A stretch of 64,000 nt of DNA, taken from assembly GCA_050117845.1 (NCBI GenBank), contig JASFLY010000003.1, positions 64,001 to 128,000 on the forward strand. Direction: 5' to 3'. The notes beneath the pieces were generated by a model. The model had not been told where the DNA came from and made no database searches. It saw nothing but the letters and a program-made list of their open reading frames with translations. The translations under genes and the position numbers were made by a program. This DNA comes from Candidatus Zixiibacteriota bacterium. Its GTDB lineage: Bacteria; RBG-13-66-14; B26-G2; WVWN01. Below are positions 39,734 to 49,629 of this stretch, piece by piece; position 1 is the stretch's first letter, and each line of letters starts with the position of its first letter.

Positions 39734-40483
39734 CTACCCTCCTAACGCCGAAAGGCGGGTCGCCGCGGCCTCCGCAAAGGGGCTTTCCGGATAACGGCTC
39801 AAAACGTTACGGTAACTGCTGGCGGCGGCGTCAAATTCCCCCAACTCACCGTAACACTCCCCCGAGAGGAACGCGGCCTCGGCGGACCCGGAGTACTCGG
39901 GGTAAGCCGCCCCCAGGTTTTCGAAATACACGACGGCGGCTCTATACTCGCCGGTCTTCTTATAGAATTTCCCGATCGCCAGGAATTTATCCGCCTGTAT
40001 TCGGCGCGCCTCGGCGATTCCTTCCCGCGCCTTGGGTATCAACGGCGAATTCTCGTATTCCTCGATAAGGGTCGTGAACTCGTCCAGGGCCTCGTCTATG
40101 GCCGTCTGGTCCTTCTCTATGGGCAGGACGGCGGCCAGTTTGGTCATACCCTTCATGTACTGCGCGTCGTCGCACCATTCGCTAGCCGGATAGCGGTCGA
40201 TTATTTGTTCGAAGCGAACGTACGCCTCTTCATATAACCCCTGGTTGTGATAGGACAACGCGATGTAGTACAACGCCTCCGGAGCCGCGGTCGGCGAGCG
40301 CGTAATCATGTGCTCGAAGTACTCTCGGGCGGCGGGTTCTTTACCCTGATCCAACTTCGCCAACCCCGATACCCGGAGCTGGTCGACGGTCAAATCCGCC
40401 GCCAACTTCTCCTTGCCGCACGCGGCCGGCAACGTCAACGCCACGGCGCAAAAGAACGCGTACTTCACAAATCGGCGTTTCAT
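39734..40483 (-). CDS. bamD: Outer membrane protein assembly factor BamD
   Basis: Lipobox PAAC; TPRs; EKDQTAIDEA...IGKFYKKTGEYRAAVVYF. Confidence 0.87.
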   Translation of the reverse strand: MKRRFVKYAFFCAVALTLPAACGKEKLAADLTVDQLRVSGLAKLDQGKEPAAREYFEHMITRSPTAAPEALYYIALSYHNQGLYEEAYVRFEQIIDRYPASEWCDDAQYMKGMTKLAAVLPIEKDQTAIDEALDEFTTLIEEYENSPLIPKAREGIAEARRIQADKFLAIGKFYKKTGEYRAAVVYFENLGAAYPEYSGSAEAAFLSGECYGELGEFDAAASSYRNVLSRYPESPFAEAAATRLSALGG

Positions 40484-40486
40484 AGA

Positions 40487-41131
40487 CTAATCGGCGGAGG
40501 CCGAAAGCGCGAAGAGGTAAATCAGCGCGCCGGTGATTCCGGTTACGAGTAGCGGTTCGACGAAGGGGTTTTGGCCGCCCTCGGGCCGTTGCGGGCCGAT
40601 TTGTTCGATACGTTCGTCGGTTAACTTGCTTACGACTTTTTTAGGAACGGCGTTTTCGAATTCGCCTTTATATTCCCCGGCCCAAAATATCTCGCCGTTG
40701 GCTCCGTAAACTCGGACGTGGGCGATAGTCCGGCCTATGCGTTTTACGCGGCCCCGATCGGCTTTGGCGTTGACTATCCGCGATTCGATTAGACGATACT
40801 TGATTACCGATTCTCCTCCCGAATTCTCCGGAACGACGTCCAAACCACGGTTGGACAGCTCGGCCGATAGAATATCCGCAAACCTCTCATAGAGCCAAGC
40901 GTACTCGCCTTCGTCCGCCAGGCTTTCCAATACGAAGGGGCTGTTATCGGGAACCAGTACCCGGTTTTCGCCCGTCGCGGTCACGAGTTCTTTCATCGAA
41001 GCCGCAAGCAGGTCGCCGTCGCTCAGGAATTCATCCGGCAATTTATACGTGACGTCCCCACAGGCCGCCAGCAGAAAAACCGTCGCCGCCAGACCCGCTA
41101 TTACGCCCATGTTTCGTCTGAATCTCGCCAT
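40487..41131 (-). CDS. Hypothetical lipoprotein with a C-terminal hydrophobic tail
   Basis: Lipobox LAAC; ends FVEPLLVTGITGALIYLFALS. Confidence 0.7.
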   Translation of the reverse strand: MARFRRNMGVIAGLAATVFLLAACGDVTYKLPDEFLSDGDLLAASMKELVTATGENRVLVPDNSPFVLESLADEGEYAWLYERFADILSAELSNRGLDVVPENSGGESVIKYRLIESRIVNAKADRGRVKRIGRTIAHVRVYGANGEIFWAGEYKGEFENAVPKKVVSKLTDERIEQIGPQRPEGGQNPFVEPLLVTGITGALIYLFALSASAD

Positions 41132-41178
41132 TCCGTACTACCTCCACGTTGAAATCGGACGCCCCACTCCGGGCGTGA

Positions 41179-42579
41179 TTAATCCTCGTTAATAGGCCGG
41201 CCGTAGCCGGGGACGGTCGAGGAGTCGATCTCGTAATCACCGTCGCCGTCGAAGTCCAGGAACACGAAAAGGATATATTGACTTTTCGTCCCGCCCGGTT
41301 CGAAGTACTCCCAGGCCTCGAAAGGTTCGGACTGCCACGTCGATGAACCGATGTCCACTTCCGATCTTAATCCCATGGGCGAACTTAAAACCTGGTCCGG
41401 TTCGCCGTACATCAAATAAATCCTACCCATATCGGTATCGACGCCGTCCCGGAAGGGAATCGAATAACGCTGCTGAACGTAGTAATAACGCTCGTAGAAA
41501 GTGTTTTTAAATTCATTCGTCGGCGTCTCCGGATCGGGGTCGCGCCGCTGCCAGAAGTTTTCGATAAAAATGGGTTTTTCTTCCGGCGGGAGGGCGTCGA
41601 ACGCCGCCATCTCCGCTTCGCTCGCAATGAGCGAAATCTCGCGCCGTATTTGTTTCTCCTCCTCCAACGAGTAAGGTATGAATTTCCCCTTTATTTCGGC
41701 CGATTCCTCTTCCGAATATTTATGATAAACGATGAACCGCTTCCGGGCCTCGGCCAATTCGGTCCCGGCGCGGTCCTCCAAACGAATTACTAATTCGTAA
41801 CTGCCCGGTGGTACTCCCGCTAAATCCAACGTATCGGCTCGAGCGATGTCCCCTTCCGCATCTTCCAGCACCCGCTCCACCCGTACGAAACGCCTGCCGT
41901 TTAATTGGGATACGTCGTAGCGGAGGACGAAGCCGCCATTTTCGCCGCCGAGGGGAGGAAGGCCGTAAACCTCGTAATATATTGGTAACACCGGGTCGCT
42001 ATCACTTACGAGTTTTGTGGGATTGGGGATAATACTCAGGCCGTTTCTAATGAATTCCCCCTCGGTCCCCGCCTCCACCGGCGCTATGGAGCTGGCCAAT
42101 TCCACGTCCGAGATGGCAATACTACCGCCACGGGGCGGAACCGCGAGTTCGACGCCGTCGACGGTAGGATCTCCCCCGTCCGGCTCGCCGACGCCGATAT
42201 TTAGAACGTAATCACCCGGCGGGACGGCTAAACCCAAACGACTGACGGAAAGGCGGCCGGCGCTTCCCTCGCCGGGAGCGACGCGGGCCGCTTTGGCAAC
42301 GACCCGGTTCGCGACAACGGCCCCGTCCCCGGCCCGCTCCGCCCGTACGCCCACGTTGAAATTGTAGTCCTCTCCGCCGTCGGACGTTATCTTCGGCGTA
42401 AGGTGGTCGAGCGGAACGGCGATATAAGCCTCCACCCAGACCATATCTCCAGCCGAGGGGTAGAACAAAGCGTAATCGAAATAAAAGGCCGGCTCGGCCT
42501 CCGCGGCGAACGCGCCGGCCGCAAAGGCTGCGGCCGTCGCTAAAAACGCGACGTAATATTTTAACCTGCCCGTGAACAT
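41179..42579 (-). CDS. GWxTD-domain exported protein
   Basis: FIENFWQRRDPDPETPTNEFK...GVDTDMGRIYLMYGEPD...EAWEY; signal peptide from the ATG at 42579. Confidence 0.88.
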   Translation of the reverse strand: MFTGRLKYYVAFLATAAAFAAGAFAAEAEPAFYFDYALFYPSAGDMVWVEAYIAVPLDHLTPKITSDGGEDYNFNVGVRAERAGDGAVVANRVVAKAARVAPGEGSAGRLSVSRLGLAVPPGDYVLNIGVGEPDGGDPTVDGVELAVPPRGGSIAISDVELASSIAPVEAGTEGEFIRNGLSIIPNPTKLVSDSDPVLPIYYEVYGLPPLGGENGGFVLRYDVSQLNGRRFVRVERVLEDAEGDIARADTLDLAGVPPGSYELVIRLEDRAGTELAEARKRFIVYHKYSEEESAEIKGKFIPYSLEEEKQIRREISLIASEAEMAAFDALPPEEKPIFIENFWQRRDPDPETPTNEFKNTFYERYYYVQQRYSIPFRDGVDTDMGRIYLMYGEPDQVLSSPMGLRSEVDIGSSTWQSEPFEAWEYFEPGGTKSQYILFVFLDFDGDGDYEIDSSTVPGYGRPINED

Positions 42580-42591
42580 ATATTGGCGCTT

Positions 42592-42620
42592 ATTATATAA
42601 CAACGGCGAGCCCTCTGCAA
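42592..42620 (-). promoter_or_regulatory. Sigma70-type promoter for the GWxTD-bamD-nadD unit
   Basis: TTGCAG-17 nt-TATAAT on the minus strand. Confidence 0.55.
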
Positions 42621-42651
42621 GCCGGAAGTGAACCCGTCCGCGCGAAGGCGA

Positions 42652-42678
42652 AACCCCGGGCCGCGAGGGCCCGGGGTT
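42652..42678 (-). terminator. Hairpin/terminator downstream of the PorV gene
   Basis: 11-bp stem AACCCCGGGCC/GGCCCGGGGTT; short T tail. Confidence 0.65.
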
Positions 42679-42706
42679 ATTATACTTATTCGCTACGCGG
42701 GACTCT

Positions 42707-43666
42707 TTAGAAGTCGTAGCCCAGCGTCGCTTTAAGCGATTCGCCGAGGCGCCCCATGCCCGTATAAGAGAAATCGGGCCGGAAACCGCCGAACTTCAGT
42801 CCCACGCCGCCGGTGTACGACGCTTCGTCGTAGTTCACCTTATAACCGCCGCGGATGGCGACCATTTCGAGCGGCCACCATTCCCCGCCGACGTCTATCG
42901 TCTCGTCACCGTCGTTGGGGTGAGCAGCGTTGACCGCGAGCGTCATGTTCTCGATCGGGTCATACGCTACGCCCAAACGAACGACGACGGGCAGACTAAA
43001 CGTCGCGTACTCTTCCTGGATATACTCCTCGCGGTTACGCTGTAGTTCCTCGTACGTCCCGCCGTACTGCATTTCGGGACCGAGGTTTTGCAACGCAATC
43101 GCCATACGGAGCGTCCGGAAGCCGGTCATGTACTGGGTGCCGACGTCGAACGCGACGCCCATGGCCGGATCGACGCCGTCCACGCCGCTGAACGAACAAC
43201 GCACTAACTTAACGGTACCGCCGACGGAGAACCGGTCGGTCAACCTACGGCCGAACGCGACTCCCGCGGCCATATCCATGGCGCTGAACGTTTCGCCCGT
43301 TCCGTTGGGTTCCTCCGTAGTCGTCTCGTCGATATCGCCGTACATCATGGACGTTACCATGAAGCCGAGCGTACCGAAGCCGAAACGACGAGCGTAAGCG
43401 CCGCCGATCATTCTCGTATCGGCGATCCACTCGTTATCGCTTATGGAGAAACCCTGATTCTCGACCGTCACCAAGCCGGCGGCATTCCAGAATATCGCTT
43501 CCGGCCCTGACGCGATCGGGTCGTACGCGTCGGCCATCGCCGCGGCACGAGCGCCTACCCCTACGTTGAGGAACTTGGCGCCCGACGTGCCTTCCTTTCC
43601 TACGGCGAAAGCGAAAGACGCGCACACCATCGCTAGAACCGATACCGCAATGATGATTTTACGCAT
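42707..43666 (-). CDS. PorV/PorQ family outer-membrane beta-barrel protein
   Basis: GTSGAKFLNVGVGARAAAMADAY...AIFWNAAGL...LTDRFSVG...QNLG; C-terminal Phe. Confidence 0.88.
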   Translation of the reverse strand: MRKIIIAVSVLAMVCASFAFAVGKEGTSGAKFLNVGVGARAAAMADAYDPIASGPEAIFWNAAGLVTVENQGFSISDNEWIADTRMIGGAYARRFGFGTLGFMVTSMMYGDIDETTTEEPNGTGETFSAMDMAAGVAFGRRLTDRFSVGGTVKLVRCSFSGVDGVDPAMGVAFDVGTQYMTGFRTLRMAIALQNLGPEMQYGGTYEELQRNREEYIQEEYATFSLPVVVRLGVAYDPIENMTLAVNAAHPNDGDETIDVGGEWWPLEMVAIRGGYKVNYDEASYTGGVGLKFGGFRPDFSYTGMGRLGESLKATLGYDF

Positions 43667-43684
43667 GTGTTGTCTCCGCCTCCC

Positions 43685-45889
43685 TTAGTTCTGGCCTATC
43701 AAGACGGCGAATTTACCTATCTTTTCGCCGTACTCGGGCGCGTCAACGTGGTAGATGTAGATACCGCTGGCCACCTGGACGCCGGCTTCCCCGGTAAGGT
43801 CCCAGGCCTCGGCGCCGTACGATATGTCGTGATGTTCCAACGTACGTACGAGGTCGCCCGCGATGGTGTAGATTCGTATAGTGCACTTGGACGGCAGGTT
43901 CATGAAGTAGAGACGACCCAAGCGGGAACCCGAGCCCGTCCACTCTTCCCAGTCCGCGCTACCCTTGTAGGGGTTCGGTACGACGCGTATATCGTCGAGG
44001 ACGTTGCGCGAAGTCGGCAAGGGGATAACCGAAACGGCGTTGACGTTACGTCCGCCGTACGCCGGGAAGTCGAACGACGTGAAGTTACCGAAATCGTATC
44101 CGACAACCGCGTAGTAGTAACGGGTACCGTTCGAAACGTCGCCCGTAACCGCGCCGCCGCCGTCCACGCCGTCGACTAGTTCGTAATAACCGCCGACCTT
44201 ACGGAGGCGTATCGTGCCGCCCTGCCGTGTATTACTCGGGAAGCTGCCTTCGCTTATATTTTCCAGAGCCACGGCCGGCGTATTGGATAAATTGGGTTCG
44301 TTGGGCCGGTTCGACCGACCCGTCGGAATAGCCTCATTCCAACGGTTGTGAGCCTGCCCCGAAACCCGCCAACCCCACGGATAGTAGCGGTAATCCGCGT
44401 CGGGGTTCTCAGTGGGATCGGTTTTACTTAGTTTATCTATCCAGGCTATGGTTTCCCAACCACTGTCGTAGCCGATGTCCGAACGCCATACGAGGTATCC
44501 GTCGAAGTCCCGGATATTGGTACGGGGATCAGGTTCGGTCTCGGTATTGTGGCCGGGCGCATAGTCCGGATTCCAACGCAAGATTACCTGGTTATCACCG
44601 CGGACGGCCACCAAGCGGGGCGATACCGGCGGAGAAACAACCTGCCAGTCGTCGTCGGTCCCCGGTAAACCGTCGGCCCCCAGGAAGTCGGCGTAGAGGG
44701 CGTCGGCGTTCACGCGAATGTCGAAGAGGTCGCCGCCCATTACGACGCCGGTCCACCAGTGAATTACCTGGTTGGGTTCCATGGCGAAGGGTCCGAAACA
44801 CGGGTCGATACGCCAGTCGTACGCGGTATTGATCTCCTCGTACGTGCCGACGTCGATCATGTATCCGTATTTGTAGGCGTCGGTATCCGGGTCGTTCATG
44901 ATATCCCAGGAGTGCTGGCTCGATATCTCTATGAGCGAGCCTTCCTTGTCGTCGTCGTCCATCCAGCCCATGACGCGGACGCCGCAGTAACCCGGCGTAT
45001 CGCGGGACTCGCCGCCCTCGTCGTACATGTACGTTAACATGCGGGGCCAGCCGATGTCGCCTTCCCCTTTAACCAACGGTTTGGTAGCTACCGTCGAGGA
45101 GAAGTTTACGGCGTCGTTCTCGTCGGGAATGCCGTCCGGCCCTGTGATGGTCCACTCCTCGCCGACCGAGGTCGGGTTATTCCAAGTATCGGCGTTCGAA
45201 TTACCGTCGTAACCGACGAGGTCGTCGATGTAGTCCAACGAGCCGCCGATGTCGATATCGTACGCCAGCGAGACGTAACAATCGTTCGATAGCGGGCTCG
45301 AGTTATCATTGGTAAGCCAACATTCGAGGACTATCCAGTCATCGTGGCCGGGAGCCGACCAACAGATGCCGTGCATCTCGAGCGTCGCCGGGATGGGTCC
45401 GTTTTCGCCCGCGTTATCGTCGTTACATATGGCATAGGTATCGAGGTCGCCCGTCGAGATGCAATACGACGGCCTTAAGTTCCAGTTTTGCTGGTCACTC
45501 GCCAGCAATTCGGTCTCGGAGACTCCCATCTCGTGCCACTCGGGGTCGCTGTTACCGCCGACCGCGAGGTCACCGCTGACGTGGATGTCGCTACCTATAA
45601 GCGTACCGAACCAAACGTAACCGGCGTAAATATACGTTACACCCGAACCGCCGGGCCACGTGCCCGATTTGGGATCGCTCTGGCTATCCCCGATGTATTG
45701 CCGGTTCCAGATTTTATTCCAGAAGTTACCGACGTCGAGGTAATCGTACGCCAGAGCGTCCATGGAGTCGGAGCCGGCGGAGCGCATGCCCTTTTTAACG
45801 GCCGCGGTTAAGAGGAGTATTCCGCAGACCGCCACCAACCCCGCGACCATGAGACGCGGGACTGCTCCTTTTCGCCTGATATATCTCAA
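43685..45889 (-). CDS. Large exported protein with FN3-like and T9SS/FlgD-like C-terminal domain
   Basis: TWPGGSG, DFDGYLVWRS and NGTRYYYAVVGYD; C-terminus IRVVPNPY...FMNLPSKCTIRIYTIAGDLVRTL...WDL...VASGIYIYHV...KFAV. Confidence 0.85.
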   Translation of the reverse strand: MRYIRRKGAVPRLMVAGLVAVCGILLLTAAVKKGMRSAGSDSMDALAYDYLDVGNFWNKIWNRQYIGDSQSDPKSGTWPGGSGVTYIYAGYVWFGTLIGSDIHVSGDLAVGGNSDPEWHEMGVSETELLASDQQNWNLRPSYCISTGDLDTYAICNDDNAGENGPIPATLEMHGICWSAPGHDDWIVLECWLTNDNSSPLSNDCYVSLAYDIDIGGSLDYIDDLVGYDGNSNADTWNNPTSVGEEWTITGPDGIPDENDAVNFSSTVATKPLVKGEGDIGWPRMLTYMYDEGGESRDTPGYCGVRVMGWMDDDDKEGSLIEISSQHSWDIMNDPDTDAYKYGYMIDVGTYEEINTAYDWRIDPCFGPFAMEPNQVIHWWTGVVMGGDLFDIRVNADALYADFLGADGLPGTDDDWQVVSPPVSPRLVAVRGDNQVILRWNPDYAPGHNTETEPDPRTNIRDFDGYLVWRSDIGYDSGWETIAWIDKLSKTDPTENPDADYRYYPWGWRVSGQAHNRWNEAIPTGRSNRPNEPNLSNTPAVALENISEGSFPSNTRQGGTIRLRKVGGYYELVDGVDGGGAVTGDVSNGTRYYYAVVGYDFGNFTSFDFPAYGGRNVNAVSVIPLPTSRNVLDDIRVVPNPYKGSADWEEWTGSGSRLGRLYFMNLPSKCTIRIYTIAGDLVRTLEHHDISYGAEAWDLTGEAGVQVASGIYIYHVDAPEYGEKIGKFAVLIGQN

Positions 45890-45924
45890 CTCTCCTCTCT
45901 CCTTTCCGTGAAGAGCGGGATATA

Positions 45925-45951
45925 GGGGAGCTTCCCTTTGGGAAGCTCCCC
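45925..45951. other. Perfect intergenic hairpin without a U-tract (mRNA stabiliser or attenuator)
   Basis: GGGGAGCTTCCC-TTT-GGGAAGCTCCCC just after the TonB receptor stop. Confidence 0.6.
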
Positions 45952-45961
45952 GTTATATGCT

Positions 45962-48616
45962 CTAGAATCCAATATCCAATCCGACGCGAATGCGCATGGG
46001 ATCGCCGTAACATTCCATATCGTCGTACGGGCCGTCCGCGTCATCGTAGAAGTAGTACCACGGCAGCCAGTCCGACCCGGCGCCATCGCCTTCGTCTTCG
46101 CCGAAATTGAATACGTTGTCGTGATTGAGGAGGTTGATAACCTCGCAATACGCCGTGTATTTCAGGCCCCAGTAGCTAAGCGAGTAATCGGCCTTGAGGT
46201 TCCAGTTAATAGTCCACGGCATACGTTCCGAATTGATCTTGGGTTGGCCGGCACCTTCCGGCGGCCGGGAATAAGGCATGCCCGAGCCGTACGTGAGCGT
46301 CGTGTTGGCGCCCAGGCCGTGTATCTCGGCCAACGTCGTCCGGTAATCGACCGTGAGGTCCAGCTTGTGGGTCTGGTCCCAGTCGAGGAGGTTTTCTTTA
46401 TTGGGGACGTTCCATCCGCGGTAGGCGTAGTTGTAACCCTGATAGTAAGACGAAGCCAAACCCTTGGCGACGGAGAACGTATACCCCAGATTACCGGAGA
46501 AGTTTTTCGTCATCCGCTTGTCCACGGACAACTCCATACCGCGGACCGATCCGAAGTCGGCGCTGATTATCTTGGTGTAGTTGAAGCCCTGTTCGTAGTT
46601 GATGCGCTCGGTATCGATAAGGTCACGAATGTCCTTGAAGTAGGCCGATACCGTGGCTTTGAGGTCGTCGGTGAACAGGTGCTCTACGCCGATTTCGTAC
46701 TGCACCGTCCGCTGCGGTTTCAAGTCCGGGTTACCCATAATCGGATACGCACCCGTTAACTCGATCTGCGAACTCCGATAGAGGTAAATTAGCGGCGGAA
46801 CCTGGAAGAAGTGGCCGTAGGAGAAGTGGAGTTTGTCGATATCGGAAATGGGATACGAGACGCCGACGCGCGGGCTTACCTGATACGACTTCTCCGCTTG
46901 CTTCCGCGGCATCTCGGCGTAACTCCGATACTGACCATCCGAATTTACCCTGACCCACTCTTCGCCGGTAACCGGGCTGTGAGTGAAGCCCCATACGTAA
47001 TCGTACGGGTCCTCGGGATACGTGGCGTTGGGGTCGAAGAGGTCCATCCGGACGCCCAGGTTGATGACCATACCCGAGTATTCGAGCTTGTCTTGGACGT
47101 ACGCGTGAGCCTCGTAGGGGTAAACGTGGAAGATGTCCGTATAGACGTTGGACGAATAAGGCTGGATCTGGTAGAAATCGACGTCCTGGGTTTTGAAACC
47201 GACGCCGCCCTTAATAACGTTCATCGATACGGCGCGGTTATCGCCCACCCGGGCGATTTCGTACTGGAGGTCGGCCTTGCCCTCGTAGTACATCTGGTCT
47301 CGGGTTTCGTACAACGCGTAATCGCCCGTGGTTACGAAGTAACCGGTCGGGTCGGTCTTCAAACGGTTGATATCGTAGTTGTGCCAGTGCTTCTCGCCGT
47401 CTATGAGGGAGCGGTTCTCCTTGAACGTGGCCCCCGTCACGGTGTAGTAGAAGCGGTCGTTCACGTTGTGGGTGAAGTTACCGCTCAGGCGGCTACTGCC
47501 GATTTTGCGATACGGGTAGCCTTCGAGATTGTACTGGTACTCGTTCGAGAAGAGCTGGCGTTCTTCCCAGTGACGGCCGCCGCTGAAGACGAAGCGTACG
47601 GTGCCCGTCGGCCGGAGCGAAATCTTGCCGTTGGCGTTCCAATTCAACGCCGGGTCGGGCAGCGGGTACACGTCCCAGTCGCGCGCGTAGTCGCCCGCGA
47701 AGAAGTAGCCGACCTGGTCGACGCCGGGCCAAACCGGCCCGCCGAACGACGCCCGGTACTTCGAGAAGTACGCCTGGCGAGTTTCAGTTCTCCAAGTGAC
47801 AAGCGGGCTCGCGGGATCTTCCAGGCCGGTAGCTTCGAGGGCCTTGTGCGAATCCCAGCTACGCTCGGCGGTAAAAAGCTCCTGCGTCGCGCCGACGTTA
47901 CCTGTATACTCGTCGCGTCCCTCTTTGGTCTGGATGTTAATGATCCCCGATTGCGCTTTACCGAATTCGGCGTCCCATCCAGCGGTGATTACGTTCATCT
48001 GCTCGATGGCCTCGACCGGTACCTGCATACCGGCACCGCCGACGATGGGGTTGGTGATGTTAACGCCGTCAACGATGTAGGCGATCTCCGTCCCGCGGCC
48101 ACCACGGATGTGGAGGTTCAGGGTGGAAGCGTCGCTGTTCTCGTAGACAATACCGGGTGTCCGGACCAGCATGTCTGCGAACTCGTCGACGATCTGAGTC
48201 TCGATTTGGTCGCTCCCGATAACGTGCTCGACGTGAGTCTGGTTGAACTTGATGAGCGGGTCCTCGGATTTAATGTAGGTTACGCCGGCCGTCTCGGATT
48301 GCAGCTGGAACGAGATGTTCGTCCGCAAACCCGCGATGACCTTGACGCTCGTTTTAACCTGTTCGCTAAATCCGACCCGGGATGCCTTCACTTCGAACGA
48401 TCCAACCGGGACCGGCGAAATGACGTAATACCCGTCGGCGTTCGTCGTCGAGAAACGGTTCGTCCCTTTTACGACGACTAGCGCGCCGCTGACCGGGGCA
48501 CCGTTCTGGTCCGTTACTAACCCGGATACCGTCCCGGTGTCCGCGGCCCAAGCCGCGCTTGCGGCGAGTAGCGCGAACGTCATTACGACGAAACTCTTTA
48601 TCATTTTTTCGCGCAT
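45962..48616 (-). CDS. TonB-dependent receptor with carboxypeptidase-regulatory-like N-domain
   Basis: GTVSGLVTD...GYYVI; plug HIRGGRGTEIAYIVDG...AEFG...SGIINI; SPRVG, GNPDLKPQRTVQYEIG; C-terminal Phe. Confidence 0.94.
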   Translation of the reverse strand: MREKMIKSFVVMTFALLAASAAWAADTGTVSGLVTDQNGAPVSGALVVVKGTNRFSTTNADGYYVISPVPVGSFEVKASRVGFSEQVKTSVKVIAGLRTNISFQLQSETAGVTYIKSEDPLIKFNQTHVEHVIGSDQIETQIVDEFADMLVRTPGIVYENSDASTLNLHIRGGRGTEIAYIVDGVNITNPIVGGAGMQVPVEAIEQMNVITAGWDAEFGKAQSGIINIQTKEGRDEYTGNVGATQELFTAERSWDSHKALEATGLEDPASPLVTWRTETRQAYFSKYRASFGGPVWPGVDQVGYFFAGDYARDWDVYPLPDPALNWNANGKISLRPTGTVRFVFSGGRHWEERQLFSNEYQYNLEGYPYRKIGSSRLSGNFTHNVNDRFYYTVTGATFKENRSLIDGEKHWHNYDINRLKTDPTGYFVTTGDYALYETRDQMYYEGKADLQYEIARVGDNRAVSMNVIKGGVGFKTQDVDFYQIQPYSSNVYTDIFHVYPYEAHAYVQDKLEYSGMVINLGVRMDLFDPNATYPEDPYDYVWGFTHSPVTGEEWVRVNSDGQYRSYAEMPRKQAEKSYQVSPRVGVSYPISDIDKLHFSYGHFFQVPPLIYLYRSSQIELTGAYPIMGNPDLKPQRTVQYEIGVEHLFTDDLKATVSAYFKDIRDLIDTERINYEQGFNYTKIISADFGSVRGMELSVDKRMTKNFSGNLGYTFSVAKGLASSYYQGYNYAYRGWNVPNKENLLDWDQTHKLDLTVDYRTTLAEIHGLGANTTLTYGSGMPYSRPPEGAGQPKINSERMPWTINWNLKADYSLSYWGLKYTAYCEVINLLNHDNVFNFGEDEGDGAGSDWLPWYYFYDDADGPYDDMECYGDPMRIRVGLDIGF

Positions 48617-49584
48617 GTGCAGAGGACACCCCCTTTCGAAAGGTTAGGGAATGTTGGCGTACAGCGCCGTTGCTTTCTCCGTTCTCTTAGAATCTATTGT
48701 CCTTACGTTATTGCAGTTATATAAGGTGGTTCGCTAAACTCCTTTCACCTCCTCTTAAGCACGAACGATAAAACCTTACAGACGCCCGGCCAGCGAATCG
48801 ATTCGGCCGCACGCCTTTTATTTTCCTTTTGCGAATCTATACGAAACAAACGCTAACATATGCATCCGAAAGCTGTCAAGCTAAAAAAAGCCTCTTTTCT
48901 TATCGGCGGGCCGAACCACGGGTAATAACAAACACCGCATTTCGCGCAATAGCGCACGGCCCGGTTTAGTCCCGGTTCAGAATACAAAAAGCCACCGCCG
49001 GAGCAGGGCGTCTCCGCCCTTCCCCCGAAACGATGACCTCTTTTTATATCCAAACCGGTTTCGGCCCCATACGGGGACCCCGGATATTTGGCTTTTATTT
49101 TCATCCCGTACTCCCTCCTGTACGGGCCGGCCGGTACCCCGGCACCATATAAATTGTATCAGACCGGGGCGCCAAGTCAACCCAAAAACGCCCTCGCCGG
49201 GTCGCCACGAGAAAACGCACACTATATATTGTACCACCCCCGAGGCCCCACGCCGGAAATTCGGATTTTCCGCCGCTTAAACAAGATAGACATATAGAAC
49301 TGACATAATACCCGATATCGCGAGACGTTAATTATGCACATATTGTCTATTGCCATATTAATGTACGCATAAAACAATAAATAGTAAGTAATAGTCATTA
49401 TGGGGCGTGGCGCGATTCAAAATTCGCTTCAGCGTCCAATAACGTACGATATAATGGGGGCCCCGCATGGAACCGAGCGGCGCGGGTACCCGATATAAAC
49501 CGCCCTATTATCGTTAACCCGTTACCCGTTTCTCAAACCCGCGCGGACCCAAACCGCCGTCAAGGCCGGATATCGAAAAAAACC

Positions 49585-49613
49585 TTGATTTTAAACCCTG
49601 GCGGATTTATACT
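49585..49613 (+). promoter_or_regulatory. Sigma70-type promoter for HNH-lptE-holA
   Basis: TTGATT-17 nt-TATACT, 16 nt before the ATG at 49630. Confidence 0.6.
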
Positions 49614-49629
49614 GCATCTAATACTCGAT

